DNA of 30,276 nt. It comes from Armatimonadota bacterium. GTDB taxonomy: Bacteria; Sysuimicrobiota; Sysuimicrobiia; Sysuimicrobiales; Humicultoraceae. The notes under the pieces are model-generated. The model saw only the letters and a list, made by a program, of their open reading frames with translations. It made no database searches and was not told where the DNA came from. Within the stretch, counting starts at the first letter, position 1. Every line of letters begins with the position of its first letter. A program made the position numbers and the translations under genes. The stretch spans positions 1-30,276 of the forward strand of contig JBBIOM010000024.1 of assembly GCA_037443365.1 (NCBI GenBank). Direction: 5' to 3'. Shown here piece by piece: positions 18,061 through 27,839 of the stretch.

Positions 18061-19409
18061 AGCGCGTCCATCTCGAGGCGCCGCTGCACGAAGTTCGTGT
18101 ACACCTCGCCGCGACGGAAGAACGCGTTGTCGAGCACCCGCAGGTGGAACGGGATCGTTGTGTGGATCCCCTCGATCTCGAACTCCAGCAGGGCCCGGCG
18201 CATCCTCATGATGGCCTCGTCGCGATCGCGCCCCCAGGAAATCACCTTGGCTATGAGCGAGTCGTAGTTGGGCGGAACCGCATAGCCCGGGTAGCAGTGG
18301 GTGTCCACGCGGATTCCGGGCCCCCCGGGCGGGACGAAGGCGGTGATCGTCCCGGCGGACGGCCGGAAGCCGCTCCGGGGGTCCTCGGCGTTGATTCGGC
18401 ACTCCAGCGCATGGCCCCTGGGCTCTACGTCTCTTCCCGTGAAGTGCAGCTTCTCCCCGGCGGCGACTCGGATCTGCTCCTTGACAAGGTCCAGGCCGGT
18501 GACCGCTTCGGTGACCGGGTGCTCGACCTGTATGCGCGTGTTCATCTCCATGAAGTAGAGGTTCTCCGAAGCGTCCACCAGGAACTCGACCGTACCCGCG
18601 TTGACGTAGCCAATCACCTGCGCTGCGCGCACCGCGGCGCGACCGAGCGCGGAGGTGATCCGATCGCGCATTCGGGGAGGAGGGGACTCCTCGATCAGTT
18701 TCTGGTGACGGCGCTGGACCGAGCAATCGCGTGTGCCCACGTGCAGCACCGTGCCGTGGGCGTCGGCGAAGACCTGCACCTCGATGTGGCGGGGTTCGTG
18801 CAGGTACTTCTCGATGTACACTCGCCCGTCGCCAAACGCCGCCTCGGCCTCCCGCCGGGCGGAGTCAAGGGCTCCGGGGAGATCTTCCGGCGTCTGGGCG
18901 ATGCGCATTCCGCGCCCGCCTCCGCCGGCGGCCGCCTTTATGACGAGCGGATATCCGGTGCCCCCCGCGGCCGTGAGCGCATCGCGCACCCCTGCAACGA
19001 CCCCGGCGGAGCCGGGGATGACCGGCACGCCGGACTTCTGCATCTGGGCGCGGGCTGCGGCCTTGTCGCCCATCAGCTCGATTGCGCGGGCAGGTGGTCC
19101 CACGAAGGCGATCTTGCAGTCGGTCACTATCTCGGCGAAGCGCGGGTTCTCGGCCAGGAACCCGTATCCGGGATGAATCGCATCCACCCCGGTCAGCTCC
19201 GCCGTGCTCATGATGTTGGGTATGTTCAGGTACGACGCTGCGCTTGGAGCCGGGCCTATGCAGAAGGCCTCGTCGGCCATCCTGACGTGCAGCGAGCCCC
19301 GGTCCACCTCCGAGTACACCGCCACCGTGGCGATGCCCATCTCGCGGCACGCGCGCATGACGCGGACGGCTATCTCTCCGCGGTTCGCAACCAGCAGCTT
19401 GCGAAACAT
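18057..19409 (-). CDS. accC: Acetyl-CoA carboxylase biotin carboxylase subunit
   Basis: ANRGEIAVR, HPGYGFLAEN, GGGGRGM, QRRHQKL, EMNTRIQVEH, ECRINAE, YDSLIAK. Confidence 0.97.
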   Translation of the reverse strand: MFRKLLVANRGEIAVRVMRACREMGIATVAVYSEVDRGSLHVRMADEAFCIGPAPSAASYLNIPNIMSTAELTGVDAIHPGYGFLAENPRFAEIVTDCKIAFVGPPARAIELMGDKAAARAQMQKSGVPVIPGSAGVVAGVRDALTAAGGTGYPLVIKAAAGGGGRGMRIAQTPEDLPGALDSARREAEAAFGDGRVYIEKYLHEPRHIEVQVFADAHGTVLHVGTRDCSVQRRHQKLIEESPPPRMRDRITSALGRAAVRAAQVIGYVNAGTVEFLVDASENLYFMEMNTRIQVEHPVTEAVTGLDLVKEQIRVAAGEKLHFTGRDVEPRGHALECRINAEDPRSGFRPSAGTITAFVPPGGPGIRVDTHCYPGYAVPPNYDSLIAKVISWGRDRDEAIMRMRRALLEFEIEGIHTTIPFHLRVLDNAFFRRGEVYTNFVQRRLEMDAL

Positions 19410-19413
19410 CGCC

Positions 19414-19854
19414 TCAGGCCCGGGCGGTCACGTCGAGGAGGAACAGGGGCTGGCCGTACTCGACGGGCGAGGCGTTGTCAACCATGACCCGGGCAATGCG
19501 CCCGCTCTTCTCGGCCTGGATCTCGTTGAACAGCTTCATCGCTTCGATCATGCAGATCACCTGGCCCTCGCTTACGAGGTCGCCTTCCCTGACGAAGGCC
19601 GGCGCGTCGGGCGAGCCGGCACGGTAGAAGGTCCCCACCATGGGGGCGGCGATCGTCTCGAGGTGGCCGTGCGCGCCGGCGGCGGCCTCCGTGTCCGTCT
19701 CCGCCGCTCGCCGCGCATCGCGGGCCGGGTCCGGCGCGGCCCTCTTGACGCGGACCTTGAGCGATGGGCTCTCGACGTCGAGCTCTACGAGCTCCGCCTC
19801 CGCGGCGATACGGATGACCTCTCTGACCTGATCGAAGTCAATGCGTTCGCTCAT
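19414..19854 (-). CDS. accB: Acetyl-CoA carboxylase biotin carboxyl carrier protein
   Basis: [19 protein letters not shown] (biotinylated Lys), PVEYGQPLF. Confidence 0.95.
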   Translation of the reverse strand: MSERIDFDQVREVIRIAAEAELVELDVESPSLKVRVKRAAPDPARDARRAAETDTEAAAGAHGHLETIAAPMVGTFYRAGSPDAPAFVREGDLVSEGQVICMIEAMKLFNEIQAEKSGRIARVMVDNASPVEYGQPLFLLDVTARA

Positions 19855-20842
19855 GACTGCTCCTCATGATACCCCATGGCGCGGTACTTCGCGTACCTGC
19901 GCAGGAGGAGTTCCTCGACGGGCAGATTGACGAGAGACCGCAGCCGGGGACGCAGCGCCTCTCGCACCGCCGCCATGGCCGCCTGGGGATCAACGTGGGC
20001 CCCGCCTCGCGGCTCGGGTATGATCTCGTCCGCGATCCCCAGGGCCGCGATCTCCTGTGCGGTCAGGCGCAGCGCCGCGGCCGCCTCCCTGGCGCGGCCT
20101 GCGTCGCGCCAGAGGATCGCCGCGCAGCCCTCGGGGGGAATCACGGTGTAGACGGCGTGCTCCATCATCAGAACGACGTCACCGACCGCGATCGCCAGCG
20201 CGCCGCCGCTGCCTCCCTCGCCCGTTATCACCACGAGCACTGGCGCCCGCAGACGCGCCAACTCCCCGATGTTGCGGGCGATGGCCTCGGCCTGTCCGCG
20301 TTCCTCGGCAGCGTCGCCCGGAAACGCGGCCGGCGTGTCCACCACGCTCAGCACCGGGCAACCGAACTTCTCGGCCAGCCGCATGGCCCGCAGCGCCTTG
20401 CGGTAGCCTTCGGGGTGGGGCATGCCGAAGTGGCACGCGATGTTCTCGCGCGTATCTCTTCCCTTGCACGGCGCCATCGCGACGACGGGCTGCCCCTCGA
20501 ACCATCCCAATCCGACGAGCATCGCCGGATCATCACGAAACAGCCGATCGCCGTGCAGCTCCGTGAAATCGTCCAACAGCGCCTTCACGAACTCCTGTGC
20601 CTTGGGACGCTGGGGATGACGTGCCAGGGCGACCGCCTGCCAGGCGGTGCGAAGCGACAGCAGGGCATCGCGCAGCTCGTCGCAGCGCGCCTCCAGCGCG
20701 CGGATCTGCGCCGCGACTTCAGGCCTATCCTTCTCGCCGCGCCGCCGCAGGGCCTCGATCTCCCGCCCGATCCCGGCGAGCTGGGCCTCCATCTCGGCCG
20801 CGCGGGCTTCCACCGCGCGGTCGCGCTCAGGAAGCACCCTGG

Positions 20843-20846
<4 letters not shown>
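19851..20846 (-). CDS. accA: Acetyl-CoA carboxylase carboxyltransferase alpha subunit
   Basis: [59 protein letters not shown]. Confidence 0.95.
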
Positions 20847-21688
<842 letters not shown>

Positions 21689-21744
21689 TCGCGCCTCGGA
21701 GAGCGAGTAGGATCGGCGGTGGGCTCCCGCCGGTTCAATCGCTT

Positions 21745-21750
21745 ATTATA
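21745..21750 (-). promoter_or_regulatory. Consensus -10 box (TATAAT) upstream of accD
   Basis: Minus-strand TATAAT 56 nt upstream of the accD ATG; no good -35 seen. Confidence 0.55.
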
Positions 21751-21781
21751 CCGTGCAAGGAACCGGGCTGCCAGGAATGTT

Positions 21782-21808
21782 GGAGCCCGCCGACCAGCGG
21801 CGGGCTCC
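21782..21808 (-). terminator. Hairpin after the ferredoxin gene (probable terminator)
   Basis: GGAGCCCGCCG-ACCAG-CGGCGGGCTCC, an 11-bp perfect stem 25 nt after the stop. Confidence 0.65.
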
Positions 21809-21833
21809 CAGGCAACGCGCTCACCTCGCGTGG

Positions 21834-22202
21834 CTACTTCCTCTTCACCCCGAACGCGTCGTAGTTCATGTCGGTGAACTTGGCCCACTTCTCCGGCACG
21901 TCCGCCTCGGCGAAGATCGCCGTGACCGGGCACGCGGATTCACAGGCGCCGCAGTCAATGCACTCCTCTGGATGGATGAACAGTAGGGCGTTGAGCTGCT
22001 CCTTCGTGAGCTTGTCCGAGGGCTTGTGGACCACTCCGCCCTTGGGCACCACCGTCTTGTCAACCCCAGAGCCCGTGGACGGATCGGGCACGACGAAGCC
22101 CCCGTCTGCCTCGACATACTCGTAAATGCAGTCCACCGGGCAGACCTCGACGCACGCACGGTCCTTCGTGCCGATGCACGGTTCCGCGATGATGTATGCC
22201 AA
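21834..22202 (-). CDS. 7Fe-type ([3Fe-4S]+[4Fe-4S]) ferredoxin with a large internal insertion
   Basis: AYIIAEPCIGTKDRACVEVCPVDCI (C-x7-C-x3-CP) ... FIHPEECIDCGACESACPV. Likely start TTG 22202, 6 nt after GGAGGTG. Confidence 0.9.
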   Translation of the reverse strand: MAYIIAEPCIGTKDRACVEVCPVDCIYEYVEADGGFVVPDPSTGSGVDKTVVPKGGVVHKPSDKLTKEQLNALLFIHPEECIDCGACESACPVTAIFAEADVPEKWAKFTDMNYDAFGVKRK

Positions 22203-22231
22203 TCCTTTCACCTCCCTCGGATTCCCCGCTC

Positions 22232-22261
22232 ATGGTACAGGCCGGGCGGATTTTCTGTCAA
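22232..22261 (-). promoter_or_regulatory. Sigma-70 promoter of the ferredoxin gene
   Basis: Minus strand TTGACA(22261-22256)-N18-TACCAT(22237-22232). Confidence 0.65.
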
Positions 22262-22303
22262 CGAATGGCACCGGCGCCGTGCGGGAACCGGACCGTATGA
22301 TTG

Positions 22304-22309
22304 TATAAT
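22304..22309 (+). promoter_or_regulatory. Consensus -10 box (TATAAT) upstream of htrA
   Basis: TATAAT 55 nt upstream of ATG 22365; -35 poor. Confidence 0.55.
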
Positions 22310-22364
22310 GCTGGTTGGGTCCGGCGCGCAGATGGGCGTCGGGATTTCGAAGGAGGCGTTGCGC

Positions 22365-23630
22365 ATGTCGGGCGGTGAGGGGGCTCCGCGCAGTTCGTCC
22401 GCGGAGCGGGCACTTGTGCTGCTGGCCGTGTTGGTGCTGGGGGGCCTGCTGGGAGGGGTCTTGGCGCCCCGCTACGGCCTGGTTCCCGGGCAGTGGGCCG
22501 TGGCGCCCTCCCTCCCGCCAGATGCGGGCGCGGCCCAGCCGACGGCGCCGCCTCAGGTCGAATCCGCCCCAGGCCAGCAGCCCGCCGGTCAGCAGCCGGG
22601 CACCCAGGCGCCAGGGGCATCGGCCCCGCCTGTCGCTGGCCAGGCCCTGCCGGGCGCGGCGGCTCCCCGTCTTCTCGAAGGGCAGGAGTCGGTTGTGGTC
22701 AAGGTCGTGCAGCAGGCCCGGCCTGCCGTGGTCAACATAAGCGTGCGGGCGCGCGTGGAGACGCCGTTTGGCCTGTTTCCCAGGGAGGGCCAGGGCTCGG
22801 GCGTCGTCGTACGGTCCGACGGGCTCATCCTCACGAACAACCACGTGGTCCAGGGTGCCCAGGAGATAACCGTAACGCTTGTATCGGGCAAGACCCTGCG
22901 CGGGCGCGTGCTGGGCGCCGACCGGTTCGCGGACCTTGCCGTGATCAAGGTGGACGTCTCCCAGCCGCTCCCCGCGATTGGGATGGGGACCTCCGCCGCG
23001 TTGAGCGTGGGGCAACTCGCGGTCGCCATAGGGAACCCGTTCGGCTTGGGCAGCACCGTGACCGTGGGGGTGATCAGCGCCCTCAACCGCAGCATCCAGG
23101 CCGGCCCGGACTTCGTCGTCGAGAACCTCATTCAAACCGACGCGGCCATCAACCCGGGCAACAGCGGGGGCGCGCTGCTGGATTCGTCCGGACGGCTGAT
23201 AGGCATCAACACCGCTATCATCCGCGAAGCCCAGGGTATAGGCTTCGCGATCCCGATAGATCACGCCCGCGCGGTCATGGAGCAGATCGTCACGCAGGGC
23301 AAGGTCGTGCGTCCTGCCCTGGGCGTCGAGATCCGTGGAGAGATAGACGCCAGCACGGCGCGCGCCTACAACCTCCCGGTTGACCACGGCGTGGTGGTCG
23401 TACCGCAGCCGGGGGGCCCCGCCGACCGGGCTGGCATGCGACCGCAGGACATCGTCGTGGCCATCAACGGCCAGAAGATCAGCACCGTCGGGGACCTTCG
23501 GCGCGAGCTCTTCCGCAAGAAGCCCGGCGAGAGCGTGCAGGTGGAGGTCGTCCGCGACGGTCGGCGCACGACGCTGACCGTGGTGCTCGTGGAGTTGAGG
23601 GGAGGCCTCCCCGCCTGGCTGGCCGCGTGA
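22365..23630 (+). CDS. htrA: HtrA/DegS-like trypsin-family serine protease with one PDZ domain
   Basis: TM anchor, Pro/Gln/Ala-rich linker, GSGV, TNNHVV (His), DLAVIK (Asp), QTDAAINPGNSGG (Ser), GIGFAIP, C-terminal PDZ; AAGGAGG RBS. Confidence 0.93.
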   Translation: MSGGEGAPRSSSAERALVLLAVLVLGGLLGGVLAPRYGLVPGQWAVAPSLPPDAGAAQPTAPPQVESAPGQQPAGQQPGTQAPGASAPPVAGQALPGAAAPRLLEGQESVVVKVVQQARPAVVNISVRARVETPFGLFPREGQGSGVVVRSDGLILTNNHVVQGAQEITVTLVSGKTLRGRVLGADRFADLAVIKVDVSQPLPAIGMGTSAALSVGQLAVAIGNPFGLGSTVTVGVISALNRSIQAGPDFVVENLIQTDAAINPGNSGGALLDSSGRLIGINTAIIREAQGIGFAIPIDHARAVMEQIVTQGKVVRPALGVEIRGEIDASTARAYNLPVDHGVVVVPQPGGPADRAGMRPQDIVVAINGQKISTVGDLRRELFRKKPGESVQVEVVRDGRRTTLTVVLVELRGGLPAWLAA

Positions 23631-23758
23631 TGGGAAGCCTGCCGATCATCGAGCTCGTGAGCGTGACCGAGGCCGCGGTGCGCCGCAGCGGGGATATCCG
23701 CTTCGTGGACGGCATACACATCTCGGATCGCGCCAGGGCCGGTCCGATCCTGCTGTGA
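23630..23758 (+). pseudogene. glpX: Internally deleted class II fructose-1,6-bisphosphatase (glpX) relic, 42-aa open mini-ORF
   Basis: MGSLPIIELVSVTEAA|VRRSGDIRFVDGIHISDRARAGPILL*. The first part resembles the GlpX N-terminus (ELVRVTEAA) and the second the GlpX C-terminus (SGTVRFVD..H), both recalled from memory. TGATG and GTGA overlaps with its neighbours. Confidence 0.75.
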
Positions 23759-25383
23759 TCGCCGCCAGCCGGGATGCCCGCCGCGCGGCCGGGCAGTTGT
23801 GCCTGGTGGACTTCCCGGGTTATGAGCCCTCGGCTGTTCTGGAACGGCTGATCGCCGACTGGCACCTGATGGGAGCGGTGCTCTTCAGCAAGAACGTGCG
23901 GTCCCCATCGCAGGTCTCGCAACTGACGGACGCGCTCCTGTCAATCGCGCGGGGCGCCGGCGCGCCTCCCCCTTGGGTGGCCATAGACCACGAGGGGGGC
24001 GCGGTCACGCGCTTCCCCGCGGCCGGAGCGGAAGAGATGCTGCCCGACGCGCCAAGCGCGCTGCCGCGCGTGACGCCGCTGCCGTCGGCGATGGCGCTGG
24101 GCGCCGCTGGGGATCCGGCACTGGCACGGGCGGCCGGGCGCGTCGCGGGGCGGGAACTGCGCGCGATGGGTATCAACCTGAACTTCGCGCCCGTGATGGA
24201 TGTCAACACCAATCCACTGAACCCGGTCATCGGCGCGCGCGCCTTCGGGGACTCGCCCGGGCTCGTGGCGGCGCTTGGGGCCTCGTACATCCGCGGCCTG
24301 CAGTCCCGTGGTGTCGCGGCAGTGGCCAAGCACTTCCCCGGACACGGCGACACCGAAGTGGACTCACATCTGGGGCTTCCCAGGGTGGACCACGCCCGCG
24401 AGCGACTCGAGTCCGTCGAGCTGGTGCCGTTCGCCGCGGCCGTGCGCGCCGGGGTGGCAGGGATCATGACCGCGCACGCCGTCTATCCCGCGCTGGATCC
24501 CTCTGGCGTGCCGGCCACGCTGTCCGGGCCGGTTCTTCGCGGGATCCTGCGCGAACGCTGGGGATTCGGGGGCCTGGTGTTCACCGACTCCATGAGCATG
24601 CGCGCCATCGCGGACCACTACGGGATGGGCGATGCGGCGGTGAGTGCGGTTCAGGCGGGATGCGACGTGGTGCTGGCCCTGGGCGAGGAGGCCGCGGCGC
24701 AGGAGATCCTCGAGCGCCTCGCGGCCGCGATCGAGCGGGGCGAGATCGCCGGAGGGCGGCTCGCCGAGACCCGCGTGCGGGTTGCATCGGCGGCAGCGCG
24801 ATGGGGGGTGGGTCGCTGCAGGTCACCCCAGGCGGATGGCACCGCTGGCCTGCCTGGGGCAGAGGCATCTGTGCACGCGCGGATCGCCGAGCAGATTGCG
24901 GCTGTTGCGGTCACACTCGTCAGGGACCGGGCCGGCGTGCTTCCGCTTGAGCAAGGCCAGATCGGTGTCATCTGTACTGCACCACATCCGGTGGATGCGG
25001 TGGGGCATGATCTCGCATCTGCGCTCAGGAGGCACGGCGCGGTCGTGGACGAAATCCACCTCGATGAGGTTGATCGCCCTGACTGCCCGGCGCTCTCACG
25101 GGGCGCGATCGTGGCCGCAACCTGCGCACGCGGAGCCCCGCATGCCCGGGCCGTGGCAACCCTGCGCGCGCTGCACTGCGTGTTTGGAGACCGCCTGGTC
25201 GTCGTGGCTGCGGGTGATCCGTACGATCTGGTGGCGCTCCCCGACATCCCGGCCTACCTGGCCACCTATGGGGCCGACCCCCCAAGCCTTGATGCCGCTG
25301 CCCGTGTGCTGCTCGGACAGGCGCGCGCCAGGGGAACGCTGCCAGTGACCCTGCCGCCGGCCCCTCCGGAGGAGCCCCGATGA
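23755..25383 (+). CDS. nagZ: GH3 beta-N-acetylhexosaminidase (two-domain NagZ type)
   Basis: AIDHEGG, NFAPVMD, RAFG, KHFPGHGDTEVDSH (NagZ signature), MTAH, TDSMSM, C-terminal alpha/beta domain ending in GTLPV. Confidence 0.9.
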   Translation: MIAASRDARRAAGQLCLVDFPGYEPSAVLERLIADWHLMGAVLFSKNVRSPSQVSQLTDALLSIARGAGAPPPWVAIDHEGGAVTRFPAAGAEEMLPDAPSALPRVTPLPSAMALGAAGDPALARAAGRVAGRELRAMGINLNFAPVMDVNTNPLNPVIGARAFGDSPGLVAALGASYIRGLQSRGVAAVAKHFPGHGDTEVDSHLGLPRVDHARERLESVELVPFAAAVRAGVAGIMTAHAVYPALDPSGVPATLSGPVLRGILRERWGFGGLVFTDSMSMRAIADHYGMGDAAVSAVQAGCDVVLALGEEAAAQEILERLAAAIERGEIAGGRLAETRVRVASAAARWGVGRCRSPQADGTAGLPGAEASVHARIAEQIAAVAVTLVRDRAGVLPLEQGQIGVICTAPHPVDAVGHDLASALRRHGAVVDEIHLDEVDRPDCPALSRGAIVAATCARGAPHARAVATLRALHCVFGDRLVVVAAGDPYDLVALPDIPAYLATYGADPPSLDAAARVLLGQARARGTLPVTLPPAPPEEPR

Positions 25384-26531
25384 TCGGGGCCGAAAGATGG
25401 GTGCTCCAGGCAGGAGCCCTGTTGCTTCCAGAGGCAGTGGCGGGTCCTGCGTTCCTTGTGATCGAGGGCGAGCGCATCGCCCGGATTGAGGAAGGCCTTC
25501 ATCCCAGTCCCGATCTGAGCTACCCTACCTTGACGGTGGTGCCTGGCTACGTTGACCTCCAGGTGAACGGCGCGGCAGGATGCGACTTCCTCTCACCCAC
25601 CGATGCCGGCCTCTCCGACGCCCACGCCTACCTGCTGACCACCGGCACCGTGGCCTACCTCCCGACCCTCATCTCGGCTCCCGAGGAGCGGTTGCGCAGG
25701 GCGCTGGCCTTCTTCCACGAGCACGCAGGCAGACCGCACGTCCCGCGCATCCTGGGTGTGCACCTGGAGGGCCCATTCCTGTCGCCGGCCCGGCCAGGTG
25801 CCCACCGGCCGGAGCACATGCGGCCCCCGTCAGTTGAGTGGATCGCCAGGCTAGTGGAGGAATTCACGGGGTTGATCCGCCTGGTGACGCTTGCCCCGGA
25901 GCTGGACGGCGCCCAGGGCGTGATCGAGCACCTGGTCTCCCAGGGTATCGTTGTTGCGGCAGGCCACACCGACGCGACCTACGCGCAGGCGACGGCCGCG
26001 TTCGATCAGGGCGTGCGGCTGGCCACGCACCTGTTCAACGCCATGCCTCCCTATCATCACCGCGAGCCGGGCGTGGTCGGCGCGGCTCTGGCGCACCCCA
26101 ACGTGACATGCTCGGTGATAGCCGACCTGGTCCACCTGCACCCCGCGGTCCTGGCCCAGGTCGCGGCGTTGAAGGGATGGGAGCGCACGGCCCTGGTCTC
26201 CGATGCGATGGCCGCGGCAGGCGCTGCATCAGCCCGGACGACGCTGGGCGACCGGACCGCCACCGTCGTGGGCGGGGCGCCACGCCTGGAAGGCGGGACG
26301 CTGGCGGGCAGCATCCTGCGCATGGACCGGGCCGTGGGTAACATGGCCAAGGTCACAGGCGCCTGGGATCAGGCGGCGCGCATGGCGTCGGCGACCCCGT
26401 CACGCCTGCTGGGGCTGGAGCAGGGAGAGCTGCGCGCGGGGCAGCGCGCCGACCTGGCCATCCTGTCAGAGGATCAGGCCGTGAGCGCGGTCGTCGTGGG
26501 TGGACGCGTCGTCATCACCGGCGGCACGTAA
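25380..26531 (+). CDS. nagA: N-acetylglucosamine-6-phosphate deacetylase
   Basis: PGYVDLQVNG, HLEGPF, GAH, TLAPE, AGHT, THLFNAM, IADLVH, SDAM, LAGS. Confidence 0.94.
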   Translation: MIGAERWVLQAGALLLPEAVAGPAFLVIEGERIARIEEGLHPSPDLSYPTLTVVPGYVDLQVNGAAGCDFLSPTDAGLSDAHAYLLTTGTVAYLPTLISAPEERLRRALAFFHEHAGRPHVPRILGVHLEGPFLSPARPGAHRPEHMRPPSVEWIARLVEEFTGLIRLVTLAPELDGAQGVIEHLVSQGIVVAAGHTDATYAQATAAFDQGVRLATHLFNAMPPYHHREPGVVGAALAHPNVTCSVIADLVHLHPAVLAQVAALKGWERTALVSDAMAAAGAASARTTLGDRTATVVGGAPRLEGGTLAGSILRMDRAVGNMAKVTGAWDQAARMASATPSRLLGLEQGELRAGQRADLAILSEDQAVSAVVVGGRVVITGGT

Positions 26532-26560
26532 CGCGGCTACCCTATCTCGGGTCAGGGGCG

Positions 26561-27832
26561 ATGGCTATCCTGCAGGATTTCCGCGGCTTCACACGCAACG
26601 CGCGCCTGTTGCTCGCGAGCGCGTTCTTCGTCGGCCTGAGCATGGCCCTGGGCTCGCTCTTCATGAACTTCTACCTGCAGAGCATGGGCTTCTCCCAGCA
26701 GTTCATTGGACTCGCCAACTCGCTGCCTTTCTTTGCGCTGGTTGTCATCGGGGTGCCGGCCGGGCGGCTGATAGATCGGCGCGGCCCGAGATGGGGGCTG
26801 CTGGTCGGTACGGCGTCCGCGTCCGCCGCCGCGCTCGGCTTCGCGCTGACCGGTGTGCCCGCGGCCCTGCTCGCCTTCGCCGTGCTTCAGGGGATAGGTG
26901 CGGCCTTCGGGTTCATCAGCACCCCGCCGTTTCAGATGGCCAACAGCACCGAGCGCGAGCGCGTCGCCCTGTTCAGCGCGCAGGCCGCACTGATGACCAG
27001 CACGGCCTTCCTAGGCAACCTGATCGGCAGCCGCCTGCCGGCGGCATTCGGAGCGTGGCTCGGCGCGCCGGCCGAGGCGCTGCTTCCCTTGCGGCTGACG
27101 ATGCTCGTCGTCGCCGGGCTCTGGGCCCTCGCGGTGCTGCCGATGGCGCTTGCCGGCGCGAGCCCGCACGGCAAGCCAGACCCCGCGTCCTACGTGGGGC
27201 CTGGCGCCACAGCGCAGCAACCCGGCGGCGCCCTTGGGGAGCCGCGCAGGCGTCTCCTGTCCAATCCCGCAACCGTAGGGCACCTGCTCCTGCCCGCCTT
27301 CCTGATCAGTCTTGGGGCAGGGCAGACGATGCCCTTTCTCAACATCTACATCGCGGGTAAGTTCGGGGTGGACTTCCGCTCGCTCGGGGTCTTCTTCGCC
27401 ATCGGTGCGCTTGGGACGACCGTGGCCACCCTGGCGCAGCCGCGGCTGGCCGCCCGCGTGGGCAAGATGGAATCGGTGTTGATCGTGCAGGCGGCCTCGA
27501 TCCCGTTCTTGCTGATTCTGGGATTCGTTCCGGTGTTCTGGCTCGTCGCGATCTCTTTCGTTGTGCGCACCGCGCTGATGAACATGGGCAACCCGGTCTA
27601 TCAGGCCTTCGCGCAGGAGCAGATCGCGCCCGGCGAGCGTGCAACCTACAGCAGTCTCTCCGCCATCGCCTGGAGCCTGGGCTGGGCCATGGGTTCGGCG
27701 TTCAGCGGGTGGTGGCGTGGGCTGGTTGGATTCGAGGCAGGATTCAACACGGTCTTCGGGATCATGACGCTGCTGTACGTCGCGGCGATCGGGCTGATGC
27801 ACAGGTTCTTCGTGAGGCGGCCAGGGACGTAG
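26561..27832 (+). CDS. Major facilitator superfamily transporter
   Basis: 423 aa with about 12 hydrophobic segments; motif A GRLIDRRGPR and the symmetric RLAARVGK. Confidence 0.9.
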   Translation: MAILQDFRGFTRNARLLLASAFFVGLSMALGSLFMNFYLQSMGFSQQFIGLANSLPFFALVVIGVPAGRLIDRRGPRWGLLVGTASASAAALGFALTGVPAALLAFAVLQGIGAAFGFISTPPFQMANSTERERVALFSAQAALMTSTAFLGNLIGSRLPAAFGAWLGAPAEALLPLRLTMLVVAGLWALAVLPMALAGASPHGKPDPASYVGPGATAQQPGGALGEPRRRLLSNPATVGHLLLPAFLISLGAGQTMPFLNIYIAGKFGVDFRSLGVFFAIGALGTTVATLAQPRLAARVGKMESVLIVQAASIPFLLILGFVPVFWLVAISFVVRTALMNMGNPVYQAFAQEQIAPGERATYSSLSAIAWSLGWAMGSAFSGWWRGLVGFEAGFNTVFGIMTLLYVAAIGLMHRFFVRRPGT

Positions 27833-27839
27833 GATCCGC

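Noticed and set aside
21689..21733. Small hairpins in the accD leader (CGGCGG/CCGCCG and TCGC/GCGA near the RBS)
   Set aside because: Short GC stems expected by chance at this composition; no recognisable RNA family.
22540..22665. Degenerate GQQPA/GQQPG/TQAPG repeats in htrA
   Set aside because: A low-complexity linker between the membrane anchor and protease domain, common in HtrA proteins.
26572..26580. GCAGGATTT, resembling the sigma-H -35 box
   Set aside because: Inside the MFS coding sequence with no GAA box at the proper spacing.
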